A DNA stretch of 55,557 nt from Actinomycetota bacterium (GCA_005888295.1 VAWP01000110.1:1-55557); one strand, 5' to 3'. Shown: positions 32,381-42,655, numbered from the stretch's first letter. The notes: generated from the sequence alone by a model not told the origin. Translations and numbers: made by a program.

Positions 32381-32869
32381 TCAGCGGTTGGTCAAGGCGT
32401 TGCCCTTCGCCGGCGGACGACCGCCGCCGAAGGGGGGCGGGATGACCCTCACGGTACCGCCTGCTGCGGTGATGGCCGCCTCGGCCGAGGCCGAGAAGGC
32501 GTGCGCCTCGACGCGCAGGGCCCGGTGGATCTCGCCACCGCCCAGAACCTTCACCAGGCCTCGCTTGTGGACCAACCCGGCCGCACGGAGCGTCTCGGGG
32601 TTGACCTCGTCGCCCTCGGCGGCGTTCAGCGCATCGAGGTTGACGACGTTGTACTCCACCCGGAAGGGGTTCTTGAACCCCTTGAGCTTGGGGATCCGCT
32701 GGGTCAGCGGCAGCTGGCCACCCTCGAAGCCCGGCTTCACCGTGTCCCGCGCCCGCTGGCCCTTCATGCCCCGGCCGGCGGTCTTGCCGCCCTTGCCGGC
32801 GATGCCCCGGCCGACGCGCCGGCGGGGCCGGGTGGCACCCGGCGGCGGCTTGAGGTCGTGCAGCTTCAT
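32381..32869 (-). CDS. rplO: 50S ribosomal protein L15
   Basis: 162 aa: MKLHDLKPPPGATRPRRRVGRGIAGKGGKTAGRGMKGQ... Confidence 0.94.
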   Translation of the reverse strand: MKLHDLKPPPGATRPRRRVGRGIAGKGGKTAGRGMKGQRARDTVKPGFEGGQLPLTQRIPKLKGFKNPFRVEYNVVNLDALNAAEGDEVNPETLRAAGLVHKRGLVKVLGGGEIHRALRVEAHAFSASAEAAITAAGGTVRVIPPPFGGGRPPAKGNALTNR

Positions 32870-33132
32870 CGCCCGCCTCCTTGGTCTGCCGCACCGTCGC
32901 CCGGCGCGGGCGAGACCGACACCAGGTGGGGCACCCGGGCGATCATCCCCCGGATCTCGGGCCGGTCGGGGAGCACCGAGCGGTGCCCGATGCGGCGCAG
33001 GCCCAGGGCCCGCAGGGTGCCGCGGTGCTTGGGCTTGCTCCCGATGGCCGACCGCACCTGGGTGACGACCAGCTGGGTCGGTGGGTCGGCTGGCTTCGTG
33101 CGGGAGCGGGGTGCTCTGTCTCCCGGAGCCAT
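32866..33132 (-). CDS. rpmD: 50S ribosomal protein L30 with short terminal extensions
   Basis: Core LVVTQVRSAIGSKPKHRGTLRALGLRRIGHRSVLPDRPEIRGMIARVPHLVSV. ATGA overlap with the rplO start. Confidence 0.88.
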   Translation of the reverse strand: MAPGDRAPRSRTKPADPPTQLVVTQVRSAIGSKPKHRGTLRALGLRRIGHRSVLPDRPEIRGMIARVPHLVSVSPAPGDGAADQGGGR

Positions 33133-33135
33133 GGG

Positions 33136-33684
33136 CTAGGCCACCTCCGTGGGCACGTGGGCGCCGCGCTGGCGCTCCTGGTAGGCCCTGAGCACACCGG
33201 CGGGGCAGACCTCCTGGGGCGACAGGCCCCGCAGCCGGGCGACCTCGTCGGGTCGCTTCAGCGACTTCAGCCCGGCGATCGTGGCGTGGGCCACGTTGAT
33301 CCCGTTCGACGAGCCCAGCGACTTGGCCAGGATGTCGTGGATGCCGGCCATCTCGAGGATGGCCCGGGCTGCGCCTCCGGCGATCACGCCGGTCCCGGGG
33401 GCCGCCGGCTTGAGGAGCACGCGGCCCGCCCCGCTCTCGCCGATGACGGGATGGGTGATGGTGGACCCCGCCAGGGCCACGTCGAAGAGGTTCTTGCGCG
33501 CCTCGTCGATGCCCTTCTGCACGGCCAGACCGGCCTCCTTGGCCTTGCCGTACCCCAGGCCCACCTTGCCGTTGCCGTCACCGATGACCATGAGGGCGGT
33601 GAAGGAGAACCGCCGGCCCCCCTTCACCACCTTGGCCACACGGTTCACCTTGATGGTCCGCTCTTCGTACTGTGACTCGGGCAT
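33136..33684 (-). CDS. rpsE: 30S ribosomal protein S5
   Basis: 182 aa from the internal Met: [48 protein letters not shown]... Confidence 0.94.
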   Translation of the reverse strand: MPESQYEERTIKVNRVAKVVKGGRRFSFTALMVIGDGNGKVGLGYGKAKEAGLAVQKGIDEARKNLFDVALAGSTITHPVIGESGAGRVLLKPAAPGTGVIAGGAARAILEMAGIHDILAKSLGSSNGINVAHATIAGLKSLKRPDEVARLRGLSPQEVCPAGVLRAYQERQRGAHVPTEVA

Positions 33685-33688
33685 CTCG

Positions 33689-34054
33689 CTACAGCTCCAA
33701 TCCGGTCTGGCGGGCGGCTTCGGCGACGGCGGCCACCCGTCCGTGGTACAGAAAGCCACCCCGGTCGAAGACCACCCGGGTCACCCCCGAGGCGCGGGCC
33801 CTGCTCCCGAGCAGCTGACCCACCGCCGTGGCGGCGGCCACGTTGGCGGTGGACTGGCCGCGCAGCTCGGGCTCGAGGGTCGAGGCGGCAGCCAGGGTGC
33901 GCCCGTGGAGATCGTCGATGACCTGGGCGGAGATGTGCCGGTTCGACCGGAACACGGCCAGCCGGGGTCGCTCGGGTGTGCCGAACACCTTCTTGCGGAC
34001 CCGTCGGTGCCGGCGCTGTCGCAGGTCCTCTCGGTAGCCGGTGCCGTCCATCAC
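33689..34054 (-). CDS. rplR: 50S ribosomal protein L18
   Basis: 121 aa: ..[47 protein letters not shown]. Confidence 0.94.
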   Translation of the reverse strand: MMDGTGYREDLRQRRHRRVRKKVFGTPERPRLAVFRSNRHISAQVIDDLHGRTLAAASTLEPELRGQSTANVAAATAVGQLLGSRARASGVTRVVFDRGGFLYHGRVAAVAEAARQTGLEL

Positions 34055-34590
34055 TTCGCCGCCTTCCCGGCCTTGCGGACGACCCGTTCGCCGCGGTAGC
34101 GCACGCCCTTGCCCTTGTAGGGTTCGGGCTTGCGGATCATACGGATGGTGGCCGCAACCTGACCGACGAGCTCCTTGTCGATGCCCCGCACGGTGATGCG
34201 GGTCGGGGCCGGCACCTCGAACGAGATCCCCGCGGGCGCGTCCACCCGCACGGGGTGGCTGAACCCGAGGGCCAGCTCCAGCTGGTCCGAGCCCCTGGCG
34301 TTGGCCCGGTAGCCGACGCCGACGATCTCGAGGTCCTTGGCGAAGCCGGTGGTCACGCCGGCGACCATGTTGTTGACCAGCGAGCGGGTGAGGCCGTGCA
34401 GGGCCCTGCTGTGGCGCTGGTCGTCCGGGCGCTCCACCAGAAGGGTCGAGTCCTCCTGACGGAGCGTGATGTCACCGGGCAGGGTGCGCGACAGCTCACC
34501 CTGGGGGCCGGTGACCCTCACCTCGCGACCACGAACGGTCACCTCGACGCCGGCGGGGACGGGAATCGGGGCCCGTCCGACTCTCGACAT
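34051..34590 (-). CDS. rplF: 50S ribosomal protein L6
   Basis: 179 aa: [36 protein letters not shown]. Confidence 0.94.
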   Translation of the reverse strand: MSRVGRAPIPVPAGVEVTVRGREVRVTGPQGELSRTLPGDITLRQEDSTLLVERPDDQRHSRALHGLTRSLVNNMVAGVTTGFAKDLEIVGVGYRANARGSDQLELALGFSHPVRVDAPAGISFEVPAPTRITVRGIDKELVGQVAATIRMIRKPEPYKGKGVRYRGERVVRKAGKAAK

Positions 34591-34623
34591 CAGCCCACCC
34601 CCGTCCTCTCGGCGCTCATCCGG

Positions 34624-35028
34624 TCACCACACATAGCAGAGCACCTCGCCACCGACACGGCGCTTGCGCGCCTCGCGGTCGGTCATGAGACCGTGGCTGG
34701 TCGACAGCACGGCCACGCCGAGACCGCCGAGCACCCTCGGCAGCTTGTCGGCCCGGGTGTACACGCGCAGGCCCGGCTTCGACACCCGCTTGAGGCCCGA
34801 GATCGTCCGGTCCCGTTCCGGCGTGTACTTCATCTTGATCTCGAGGACGCGCCCCGGACGCGTGGGATTGTCCCCCGACTCGTAGCCGGCGATGTAGCCC
34901 TCCCGCTGGAGGATGTCGGCGAGCGATTCCTTGAGCTTCGAGCCCGGCATCATCACCGTGTCGTGCATGGCCACGTTGGCGTTTCGGATACGGGTCAGCA
35001 TGTCGGCGATGGGGTCCACCATGGTCAC
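34624..35028 (-). CDS. rpsH: 30S ribosomal protein S8
   Basis: 134 aa: [27 protein letters not shown]. Confidence 0.95.
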   Translation of the reverse strand: MTMVDPIADMLTRIRNANVAMHDTVMMPGSKLKESLADILQREGYIAGYESGDNPTRPGRVLEIKMKYTPERDRTISGLKRVSKPGLRVYTRADKLPRVLGGLGVAVLSTSHGLMTDREARKRRVGGEVLCYVW

Positions 35029-35044
35029 GGTTGCCGTCCTCCTC

Positions 35045-35197
35045 TCACCAGCTCGCCTTGGTCACGCCGGGGATCCGGCACAGCCCGAACTTGCGGAGCA
35101 CGGCCTTGGGCCTGCCGCACCGCCGACAGCGGGTGTAGGCCCGGACCTTGAACTTCGGCTTGTGCTGCTGCTTCTCGATGAGTGCCTTCTTGGCCAT
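35045..35197 (-). CDS. rpsN: 30S ribosomal protein S14 type Z, 11 residues shorter than the family norm
   Basis: 50 aa: [50 protein letters not shown]. The usual ..GLCRICLRE.A..GELPGV.K.SW block, including the 4th zinc Cys, is missing. Confidence 0.85.
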   Translation of the reverse strand: MAKKALIEKQQHKPKFKVRAYTRCRRCGRPKAVLRKFGLCRIPGVTKASW

Positions 35198-35205
35198 GAT
35201 GTGCG

Positions 35206-35793
35206 CTACTGCCCCTCGCGTCTGAACGGAAAGCCGAAGGCCGCCAGCAGGGCGAGCCCCTCGGCATCGGTACGGGCCGTGGTGACGATGGTGATGTCCA
35301 TCCCTCTCGTTGTGTCGATGCTGTCGTAGTCGATCTCGGGGAAGATGAGCTGCTCGGTGACGCCGAAGGTGTAGTTGCCCCGCCCGTCGAAGGACTGGGT
35401 CGACAGCCCCCGGAAGTCCCTGACCCTCGGGATGGCCAGGCTCACCAGCCGGTCGAAGAACTCCCACATACGGTCGCCGCGCAGAGTGACCTTGCAGCCG
35501 ATGGGGTTGCCCTCCCGCAGCTTGAAACCGGCGATCGAACGTCGGGCCCTGGTCACCAGGGGCTTCTGTCCGCTGATCGTGGTCAGGTCCCGCACCGCCC
35601 CCTCGAGCAGCGAGGCCTGCTGGGTGGCGCGACCGACGCCCATGTTGAGGACGATCTTGGACAGCCTCGGCACCTCCATGACGTTGGACAGGCCGAGGGA
35701 CTCCTTGAGCTGATCGCGGATCTCCGTCGCGTACTGCTGTCGCAGGCGGGGCCGCTCGCGGGTGGGCGCCGTGGTCGTGCTCTGGTCCGTCAC
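35206..35793 (-). CDS. rplE: 50S ribosomal protein L5
   Basis: 195 aa: ..[41 protein letters not shown]. Confidence 0.94.
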   Translation of the reverse strand: MTDQSTTTAPTRERPRLRQQYATEIRDQLKESLGLSNVMEVPRLSKIVLNMGVGRATQQASLLEGAVRDLTTISGQKPLVTRARRSIAGFKLREGNPIGCKVTLRGDRMWEFFDRLVSLAIPRVRDFRGLSTQSFDGRGNYTFGVTEQLIFPEIDYDSIDTTRGMDITIVTTARTDAEGLALLAAFGFPFRREGQ

Positions 35794-36098
35794 AGGTCAC
35801 CCCCGCACTTGCGGCACACGCGCACCTTGCCGCCCTGGTCGTCGAACCGGAACCCGACGCGGCTCGGTCCGCACTGCGGGCAGACGATGGCGACCGAAGA
35901 GACCGGCATCGGCATGTTCTTGTCGATGATCCCGGCCTGGCGCGCCGCTCTCGTGGGGCGGGTGTGGCGCTTGACCACGTTGACGCCCTCCACGATCACC
36001 TTGCCCTCGGCCGGGATGGCCCTCATGATCTCGCCTTCCTTGCCGCGGTCCTTGCCGGAGAGGACACGGACCCGGTCACCCTTCTTGAGCTTCATCAC
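35790..36098 (-). CDS. rplX: 50S ribosomal protein L24
   Basis: 102 aa: [34 protein letters not shown]. Confidence 0.94.
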   Translation of the reverse strand: MMKLKKGDRVRVLSGKDRGKEGEIMRAIPAEGKVIVEGVNVVKRHTRPTRAARQAGIIDKNMPMPVSSVAIVCPQCGPSRVGFRFDDQGGKVRVCRKCGGDL

Positions 36099-36463
36099 AG
36101 GACCTCCGGAGCCAGGGAGACGATCCGCATGAACCGCTTGTCCCGGAGCTCACGCCCGACGGGCCCGAAGATGCGGGTCCCCCGGGGCTGCTGGGTCTCG
36201 TTGACGAGGACGGCGGCGTTCTCGTCGAAGCGGATGTAGCTCCCGTCGGGCCGGCGCTTCTCCTTCTTGGTACGCACGACGACGCACTTGACGACCTCGC
36301 CCTTCTTCACCGCCGCACCCGGTATGGCGTCCTTGACGGTGGCGACGAACATGTCGCCGATGCTGGCGTAGCGGCGCTTGGACCCGCCCAGCACCTTGAT
36401 GCAGAGCACCTCCTTGGCCCCCGAGTTGTCGGCCACCCGAAGCCGGGACTCCTGCTGGATCAC
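36095..36463 (-). CDS. rplN: 50S ribosomal protein L14
   Basis: 122 aa from GTG 36463: [41 protein letters not shown]...[12 protein letters not shown]. Confidence 0.95.
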   Translation of the reverse strand: MIQQESRLRVADNSGAKEVLCIKVLGGSKRRYASIGDMFVATVKDAIPGAAVKKGEVVKCVVVRTKKEKRRPDGSYIRFDENAAVLVNETQQPRGTRIFGPVGRELRDKRFMRIVSLAPEVL

Positions 36464-36741
36464 CGGGCACGCTCCGTGACCTCGACCACCCGCCACCGCT
36501 TGAGCTTGGAGAACGGCCGCGTCTCGGCGACGCGCACGCGGTCGCCGACCCTCACGTCGTTGGCGGCGTCGTGGGCGTACAGCCGCTTGGTCCGCTGGAC
36601 CGTCTTGGCGTAGCGGGGGTGGCGCACGCGCTCCACCACCGACACCACGGCGGTCTTGTCCATGGCATTGGACACGACCCTGCCCTCACGGGTCTTTCGC
36701 CGGTTGGGGCGGGCGGTGGGGTTCGAAGAGGATTGGCTCAT
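36460..36741 (-). CDS. rpsQ: 30S ribosomal protein S17
   Basis: 93 aa: ..[41 protein letters not shown]. Confidence 0.94.
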   Translation of the reverse strand: MSQSSSNPTARPNRRKTREGRVVSNAMDKTAVVSVVERVRHPRYAKTVQRTKRLYAHDAANDVRVGDRVRVAETRPFSKLKRWRVVEVTERAR

Positions 36742-37007
36742 GACTCTTCCTCTGCCGTGGCGGACGCAGCCGACGTGGTCGGCACGGTCGCAGCCGCCTC
36801 GATGGCCTCGGCGGCGGCGATCTCCTGCTCGCGCAGGATGGTCTTGATCCGGGCCACGTCCCGCCGGACCTGGCGAATACGGCTCACGTTGTCGAGCTGT
36901 CCGGTCACGACCTGGAAGCGCAGGTTGAACAGCTCGCGCTTGGCCTCCGCCAGGCGGGACTCCAGCTCGTCGACGTCGAGCTCGCGCAGCTCGGTGGGAG
37001 TCGCCAT
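36738..37007 (-). CDS. rpmC: 50S ribosomal protein L29 with Ala-rich tail
   Basis: 89 aa: [56 protein letters not shown]. Confidence 0.92.
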   Translation of the reverse strand: MATPTELRELDVDELESRLAEAKRELFNLRFQVVTGQLDNVSRIRQVRRDVARIKTILREQEIAAAEAIEAAATVPTTSAASATAEEES

Positions 37008-37441
37008 CACAGCTCGCCCCCGCTCGTATCCAGTCCCGACCGCAGCACGAAGCGGGCCTTGATGGGCAGCTTCTGGATGGCCCGCTCCATGGCCGCCTTG
37101 CCCAGGTCCTCGTTCACACCGGCGAGCTCGAAGAGGATGCGGCCGGGCTTGACGACGGCCACCCAGTGCTCGGGGTTCCCCTTCCCCGAGCCCATGCGGG
37201 TCTCGGCGGGCTTCTGGCTCACCGGCTTGTCCGGGAAGATGCGGATCCACACCTTGCCGCCACGGCGGACGTGACGGGTCATGGCGATCCGGGCCGCCTC
37301 GATCTGGCGGGCGGTGATCCATCCGGGCTCGAGGGCCTGGATCCCGTAGTCGCCGAAACGCACCACGGTGCCACCCTTGGCGACGCCGGTGAGCCGACCG
37401 CGCTGCTGCTTGCGGTGCTTGACCTTGCGAGGCATGAGCAT
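37007..37441 (-). CDS. rplP: 50S ribosomal protein L16
   Basis: 144 aa: [25 protein letters not shown]... Confidence 0.95.
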   Translation of the reverse strand: MLMPRKVKHRKQQRGRLTGVAKGGTVVRFGDYGIQALEPGWITARQIEAARIAMTRHVRRGGKVWIRIFPDKPVSQKPAETRMGSGKGNPEHWVAVVKPGRILFELAGVNEDLGKAAMERAIQKLPIKARFVLRSGLDTSGGEL

Positions 37442-37443
37442 GC

Positions 37444-38433
37444 TCAGTCCGACTCCTTGCGGAAGTGCGGCGCCTCGTGATGCTGCTCGCGGGTGCGGCG
37501 CTCGATCTCCTCTTCCTCGGCCAGCAGTCGCTCGAGGTCGTCGTCCACGGGGGGCTCCGTCACTGTCGGCTCGGCCGCCGCCTGACCGTCCACCGCGCCG
37601 TCCGCCTCGGCACCGGCCTCGGCGGCCTCGACCGCTTCGGCCGCCTCAGCGGCCTCGCCATCGGCGGCCGTGCCCGGCTCGCCGAGCTCGGGACGACGCC
37701 GTCCTCCGCCGGCCGAGATGACCCGGCGGGGACGCCCCTGCCCCGACGTCTCGCCGACGGCCATGGCGGCTTCCCTGCTGATCTTCTCCTCGAGGGAGGT
37801 GCGGTAGGGCAGGATGTCGCCCTTGTAGATCCAGACCTTGACGCCGATGCGACCAAAGGTGGTGCGCGCCTCCCGGAAGCCGTAGTCGATGTCCGCTCGC
37901 AGCGTGTGCAGCGGCACCCGTCCCTCGCGGTAGTGCTCCTTGCGAGCCATCTCCGACCCACCCAGCCGTCCGGTGCACTGGACCCGGATGCCCTGGCCGC
38001 CGGCCTTCTGCACCGTCTGGAGGGCGCGCTTCATGGCCCGGCGAAAGCTGATCCGCCGAGCCAGCTGGTCGGCGATGCCCTGGGCGATCAGGGCGGCGTC
38101 GAGCTCCGGCTGCTTGATCTCCTGGATGTTGAGCTGGACCTTCGGGTTGTGCGTGATCTTGGCCAGGTCGCTGCGCAGACGGTCGGCCTCCGCTCCTCGC
38201 CGGCCGATGACGATCCCAGGCCGGGCCGTGTGGAGGTCGATGCGCAACCGATCGCGGGTGCGCTCGACCTCGATGCGGCTCACCGCCGCCGCCTCGAGCT
38301 GGGTCATCAGGTAGTCACGGATCTTCCAGTCCTCCACCACCGAGTCCTGGTAGTGCCGATCGTCGAACCACCGCGACTTCCAGTCCGTGGTGACCCCCAG
38401 CCGGAACCCGTACGGGTTGACCTTCTGGCCCAT
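37444..38433 (-). CDS. rpsC: 30S ribosomal protein S3 with long acidic/Ala-rich C-terminal tail
   Basis: 329 aa: [23 protein letters not shown].. (KH domain), followed by a tail of about 100 aa, ..[21 protein letters not shown]... Confidence 0.93.
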   Translation of the reverse strand: MGQKVNPYGFRLGVTTDWKSRWFDDRHYQDSVVEDWKIRDYLMTQLEAAAVSRIEVERTRDRLRIDLHTARPGIVIGRRGAEADRLRSDLAKITHNPKVQLNIQEIKQPELDAALIAQGIADQLARRISFRRAMKRALQTVQKAGGQGIRVQCTGRLGGSEMARKEHYREGRVPLHTLRADIDYGFREARTTFGRIGVKVWIYKGDILPYRTSLEEKISREAAMAVGETSGQGRPRRVISAGGGRRRPELGEPGTAADGEAAEAAEAVEAAEAGAEADGAVDGQAAAEPTVTEPPVDDDLERLLAEEEEIERRTREQHHEAPHFRKESD

Positions 38434-39210
38434 CTAGTCCCTCTTCTCTTTCCTGGCCCGCGTCCGCCGCTTCGGCGTGGGCTCCTCGTGTTGTTGTTCG
38501 TCTGTTTCCGCCTCTGCTGCCTCGGCCTCAGCGGCCTCGTGAGCCTCCGCAGCCGGTTCCGCGTCAGCACCACCCTCAGCTTCTTCTTCCTCCGACTCGG
38601 GGGTGGGCTCAGAGGGAGCGGCATCGCCGCTGGCGCCCGTTTCGTCAGAACGGGGGCCAGTGACGGGTGCCGCTTCCTCACCCACGTCCGGCGCGCCAGC
38701 TTTCTCAGCCGCTTCCGGCACGGCAGCCGCCGCTTCTTCCGCCGCCTGAGAGGCCGCGACCCGTTGTCGACGGGCACCGGCCACCCGGCGGGCGCGGCGG
38801 GCGCCGGCGTCGCCGGTGTCCCTGGCCCGGCGGCGAGCGAGACGCTCGTCCGGCAGGCGGGTCACCACCACGGTGATGTGGGACGTGCGCTTGCGGATGC
38901 GGGTCGCCCGGCCCCGGGCTCGTGGCCGCCAGCGCTTCATGGTGGTGGCCTCGTCGGCGTAGCAGGCCGACACGTACAGCTCGTCGGCAGACTGGGCGTC
39001 GTTGTTCTCGGCGTTGGCCACGGCCGATGCCAGCAGCTTGGAGACCACCCGCGCCGCGTCGCGCTCGGAGAAGCGCAGGATGTCTTGGGCGTCCTCGAGG
39101 TCGCGACCGCGGATGAGGTCGAGCACGGGGCGGACCTTGAACGCCGACATGCGGCAGTAGCGGAGGACGGCGCGGGTCCCGAGCGCCTCGTCCATCCGGG
39201 TGGCGGCCAT
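38434..39210 (-). CDS. rplV: 50S ribosomal protein L22 with a C-terminal extension of about 130 aa
   Basis: 258 aa: an L22 core (..RMSAFKVRPVLDLIRGRDLEDA..RPRARGRATRIRKRTSHITVVV) followed by a basic then acidic tail. The tail contains repeat copy B read in frame (..[18 protein letters not shown]..). Confidence 0.9.
   Translation of the reverse strand: MAATRMDEALGTRAVLRYCRMSAFKVRPVLDLIRGRDLEDAQDILRFSERDAARVVSKLLASAVANAENNDAQSADELYVSACYADEATTMKRWRPRARGRATRIRKRTSHITVVVTRLPDERLARRRARDTGDAGARRARRVAGARRQRVAASQAAEEAAAAVPEAAEKAGAPDVGEEAAPVTGPRSDETGASGDAAPSEPTPESEEEEAEGGADAEPAAEAHEAAEAEAAEAETDEQQHEEPTPKRRTRARKEKRD
38612..38703. repeat. Palindromic repeat family 1, copy B (inside the rplV coding tail)
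   Basis: GAGGGAGCGGCATCGCCGCTGGCGCCCGTTTCGTCAGAACGGGGGCCAGTGACGGGTGCCGCTTCCTC plus tail ACCCACGTCCGGCGCGCCAGCTTTC. Confidence 0.8.
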
Positions 39211-39212
39211 GG

Positions 39213-39491
39213 CTAGCGTCTCCCCGCCCGTTCCTGTCCGGCGTGGTACCGGAAGGTGCGTGTCGGGGCGAACTCCCCGAGCTTGTGACCGACCATCGAC
39301 TCGGTGATGTACACGGGCACGTGCTTGCGCCCGTCGTGGACGGCGATGGTGTGTCCGACCATGTCGGGAATGATCGTGGACCGGCGCGACCAGGTCTTGA
39401 TCACCCGCTTCTCGTTGCGGCTGTTCAGCGCGTCGACCCTGCGGAGCAGGTGGTCGTCCACGAACGGACCCTTCTTCAGGCTGCGGGGCAC
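39213..39491 (-). CDS. rpsS: 30S ribosomal protein S19
   Basis: 92 aa: [42 protein letters not shown]. Confidence 0.95.
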   Translation of the reverse strand: MPRSLKKGPFVDDHLLRRVDALNSRNEKRVIKTWSRRSTIIPDMVGHTIAVHDGRKHVPVYITESMVGHKLGEFAPTRTFRYHAGQERAGRR

Positions 39492-39507
39492 GTCGGGCCC
39501 TCCTGCC

Positions 39508-40344
39508 TCAGCGCCGGGCGCCGCGCTTGCGGCGCCGGCGGACGATCAGTTTGTCGGATTCCTTGTGACGGGCCCGAGTGCGGCCCTCCTTCTTCCCCCA
39601 CGGCGACACCGGATGCCGCCCACCGCTGGCCTTGCCCTCGCCGCCGCCGAGCGGGTGGTCGACCGGGTTCATGGCCACGCCACGGGTCTGGGGGCGGACG
39701 CCCTTCCACCGGTTGCGACCTGCCTTGCCCCCCGACACCAGCTCGGCCTCGAAGTTGCCGACCTGGCCGAGGGTTCCCCGGCAGTCGATCGGCACCCGCC
39801 GCATCTCGGTCGAGGGCAGCCTGAGGGTGGCGAAGGACCCCTCCTTGGCCACCAGCTGCACGCTCATCCCGGCACCGCGCGCGAGCTTGCCCCCCGCACC
39901 CGGCCGCAGCTCGACGTTGTGCACGACCGAGCCCACCGGGATGTACCGCAGCGGCAGGGCGTTGCCGGGACGGATCTCGGCTCCCTGGCCGCTCTGGAGC
40001 AGGTCCCCGACCTCGACGCGGGCGGGCGCCAGGATGTAGCGCTTCTCGCCGTCGAGATAGTGGAGCAGGGCGATGCGGGCGTTGCGGTTGGGGTCGTACT
40101 CGATCGCCGCCACCTTGGCCGGCACCCGGTCCTTGTCCCGCTTGAAGTCGATGACCCGGTAGCGCTGCTTGTGCCCACCGCCGCGGTGGCGAGCCGTCTT
40201 GCGTCCGTAGGTGTTGCGTCCGCCGGTGCCGGGCTTGGGCACCACGAGGGACCGCTCGGGACGGTCGCGTGTGATCTCGGCGAAGTCCGAGACGGTCTGG
40301 AACCTGCGGCCGGGGCTGGTCGGCTTGCGTTTGCGGAGTGGCAT
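39508..40344 (-). CDS. rplB: 50S ribosomal protein L2
   Basis: 278 aa from ATG 40344: [38 protein letters not shown]. The ORF-track extension to 40788 is readthrough. Confidence 0.95.
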   Translation of the reverse strand: MPLRKRKPTSPGRRFQTVSDFAEITRDRPERSLVVPKPGTGGRNTYGRKTARHRGGGHKQRYRVIDFKRDKDRVPAKVAAIEYDPNRNARIALLHYLDGEKRYILAPARVEVGDLLQSGQGAEIRPGNALPLRYIPVGSVVHNVELRPGAGGKLARGAGMSVQLVAKEGSFATLRLPSTEMRRVPIDCRGTLGQVGNFEAELVSGGKAGRNRWKGVRPQTRGVAMNPVDHPLGGGEGKASGGRHPVSPWGKKEGRTRARHKESDKLIVRRRRKRGARR

Positions 40345-40352
40345 CGTCGTCC

Positions 40353-40643
40353 CTAGCTCTCGAACAGGTCGATCTTGTCGCCGGCCGCCAGGGTCACCAC
40401 GGCTCGCTTGGTGTCGATGCGCTGTCCGTAGGCCCCGGTGCGCCGGTTGCGCTTGCGCTTGCCCTTGCGGTTGAGGGTGTTCACCTTGCTGACACGTACG
40501 CCGAAGACGGACTCGACGGCCTTGCGGATCTCCACCTTCGTGGCCCTGGGGTCGACGACGAACGTGTACACGTTCGAGTCCAGCAGCGCGTACGACTTCT
40601 CCGACACCACGGGCTTGATGATCACGTCCCTGACGTCCTTCAT
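40353..40643 (-). CDS. rplW: 50S ribosomal protein L23
   Basis: 96 aa: [39 protein letters not shown]. Confidence 0.94.
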   Translation of the reverse strand: MKDVRDVIIKPVVSEKSYALLDSNVYTFVVDPRATKVEIRKAVESVFGVRVSKVNTLNRKGKRKRNRRTGAYGQRIDTKRAVVTLAAGDKIDLFES

Positions 40644-41407
40644 CAGCCCTCACCCCCGTCGCCAGCTTCCCCGGCGTCGGTCCCGCTGGAGGTCCCAGAG
40701 GGAGCGTCACCTCGACTGGCGCCCGTTTCGTCAGAACGGGTGCCAGTCGAGGGTGCAGCTCCCTCACCGCCCCCTGAGACGCGAGCATTGCCGGGGAGGG
40801 TGGCGTCGGTGAACACCACCCAGTCGTTGCGCAGCACGTCGTAGGTGTTGAGCTCGCCGTCCGACACCAGCTGCACCTGGGGCAGGTTGGCGAAGCTGCG
40901 GGCGGCCACCTCGTCGTCGTCGGCGAGCACCACGAGGACCTTGCCCTCCAGGCCGAGTGCGTCCAGGGCGCTCACGGCGTCCTTGGTGCGGGGCGTGGCG
41001 AAGGGCCACTCCGGCACCACCGCCACCCGGCCCTGGGCGGCCCGGTCGGAAAGGGCCGAGCGCAGGGCCAGCCGCAGCATCTTCTTCGGGGTTCGCTGGC
41101 TGTAGTCGCGCGGCTTGGGCCCGAGAGCCTTTCCGCCGCCGACCCAGTGCGGGGACCTGGTGGAACCGGTGCGAGCCCGGCCCGTCCCCTTCTGGCGATA
41201 GGGCTTGCCCCCACCCCCCCGAGCCTCGGCCCTGGTCAGCGTGCTGTGGGTGCCCGCCCTGGCCTTGGCCAGCTGGGCGGTCACGACCTGGTGCATCACC
41301 GCCACGTTGGGCTCGACGCCGAACACGGCGGGATCGAGCTCCACCGTGCCCTCCTCGTCGCCGTCGGCATTGCGCCTGGCCACGGTGAGGCCCTCGACGA
41401 CGCTCAT
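40643..41407 (-). CDS. rplD: 50S ribosomal protein L4 with a C-terminal extension of about 45 aa
   Basis: 254 aa: an L4 core (..[29 protein letters not shown]..) followed by the tail ..[31 protein letters not shown], which contains repeat copy C in frame. Its stop overlaps the rplW ATG (ATGA). Confidence 0.9.
   Translation of the reverse strand: MSVVEGLTVARRNADGDEEGTVELDPAVFGVEPNVAVMHQVVTAQLAKARAGTHSTLTRAEARGGGGKPYRQKGTGRARTGSTRSPHWVGGGKALGPKPRDYSQRTPKKMLRLALRSALSDRAAQGRVAVVPEWPFATPRTKDAVSALDALGLEGKVLVVLADDDEVAARSFANLPQVQLVSDGELNTYDVLRNDWVVFTDATLPGNARVSGGGEGAAPSTGTRSDETGASRGDAPSGTSSGTDAGEAGDGGEG
40698..40792. repeat. Palindromic repeat family 1, copy C (inside the rplD coding tail)
   Basis: GAGGGAGCGTCACCTCGACTGGCGCCCGTTTCGTCAGAACGGGTGCCAGTCGAGGGTGCAGCTCCCTC plus tail ACCGCCCCCTGAGACGCGAGCATTGCC. 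The 25-nt core CTGGCGCCCGTTTCGTCAGAACGGG is identical to copy B. Confidence 0.8.
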
Positions 41408-42081
41408 GACGCCTGGCCCGCCTGCTCGGTCTGTCGGCCTCCCAGGCCGCCCTTCACCGCCTGGCGGATCAGCACCAGCCCACCCCGGGGGCCCGGCACC
41501 GCTCCCCTGACCATCACCAGCTCGCGCTCGGCATCGGCCTGGACCACCTCGAGGTTGAGCGTCGTCACCCGTTCGGCCCCGAGCTGGCCCGCCATCTTCG
41601 TCCCCTTGAAGACCCGGGCCGGGGTGGCGCAGGCGCCGATCGCTCCGGGCGACCGATGCTTCTTGTGGTTGCCGTGGGACGCGCCCTGACCCTTGAAGTT
41701 GTGACGAGCCATGGCCCCGGCGAAGCCCTTGCCCTTGCTCACCGCCGTCACGTCGACCTTCTCGCCGGCGGCGAGGATGCCGGCGTCGATCTCCTGACCG
41801 ACCGTGTACGCGTTCGAGTCGTCCACCCGCAGCTCGACCAGGCGGCGGCCGGGCTCGACGCCCGCGCTGGAGAAATGGCCTCCCTCGGGCTTGTTGAGGG
41901 TCTTCGCCCGGCGCAGTCCGTAGGTGACCTGGACGGCCGCGTAGCCGTCACGCTCGGGCGTCTTGACCTGCACGACCCGCATGGGGGCGACCTTGACCAG
42001 GGTCACGGGAACGGCGCGGTTGCGCTCGTCCCAGACCTGGGTCATGCCGACCTTCTCGCCGACGATCGCCTTGGATGCCAT
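41404..42081 (-). CDS. rplC: 50S ribosomal protein L3
   Basis: 225 aa from ATG 42081: [37 protein letters not shown]. The ORF-track extension to 42297 is readthrough. Confidence 0.95.
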   Translation of the reverse strand: MASKAIVGEKVGMTQVWDERNRAVPVTLVKVAPMRVVQVKTPERDGYAAVQVTYGLRRAKTLNKPEGGHFSSAGVEPGRRLVELRVDDSNAYTVGQEIDAGILAAGEKVDVTAVSKGKGFAGAMARHNFKGQGASHGNHKKHRSPGAIGACATPARVFKGTKMAGQLGAERVTTLNLEVVQADAERELVMVRGAVPGPRGGLVLIRQAVKGGLGGRQTEQAGQAS

Positions 42082-42355
42082 CTGTGGGCCTGCTGCCTCT
42101 CTGTGCCGTGAAGTACGGTCCGAACCTCTGGTGTGGAGCGGGGCGACCGGTCGACCGCCCTGCACGCGGACGCTCCGCCTGGGCGGACCCGGGCGGAGCG
42201 CTGTCTGAGTTGTGCCGTGGGGTCCCCTCCAGCGATCGGGCTCCCACGGACCTATCGATGTGCGTACCCACCGGGCCGGACGACCCGGGCCAACCACTAT
42301 ATCCCAGCCGCAGGCCTCGGATTTTCTGGTCTTTCGCCCTCAGATCGCAGCGGGC

Positions 42356-42415
42356 GATCCGGCTCGGCGCATCGTCCCGGTTCTTCGAAATCCGGGCCGA
42401 TGCACCGACCGGATC
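42356..42415. repeat. Palindromic repeat family 2, copy 2 (inverted relative to 21876..21935)
   Basis: GATCCGGCTCGGCGCATCGTCCCGG-TTCTTCGAAAT-CCGGGCCGATGCACCGACCGGATC. Its reverse complement aligns along its whole length with 21876..21935. Confidence 0.75.
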
Positions 42416-42532
42416 ACCTCGTGCCTTCAGGCGCCTCTGCTGGAGCCTCGACCTCGCCCGCTCGCTGGCGGAGAGAAAGAGAGGAGGTGGCTGCTGGCTC
42501 CTGCTGTTCGCTCGCCCTCGCTGGTGGGCTCG

Positions 42533-42626
42533 GAGGGAGCGGCACCGCCGGTGGTCGCCCTTGCGTCAGAAGGGCGGCCAGCGGCGAGTGCCGCTCCCTC
42601 CCCGCCCGACGGCGCGCCAGCTTGCC
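42533..42626. repeat. Palindromic repeat family 1, copy D (intergenic)
   Basis: GAGGGAGCGGCACCGCCGGTGGTCGCCCTTGCGTCAGAAGGGCGGCCAGCGGCGAGTGCCGCTCCCTC plus tail CCCGCCCGACGGCGCGCCAGCTTGCC. Confidence 0.8.
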
Positions 42627-42655
42627 GCACGGTCGTTCAGACTCCGCAGGATCGG

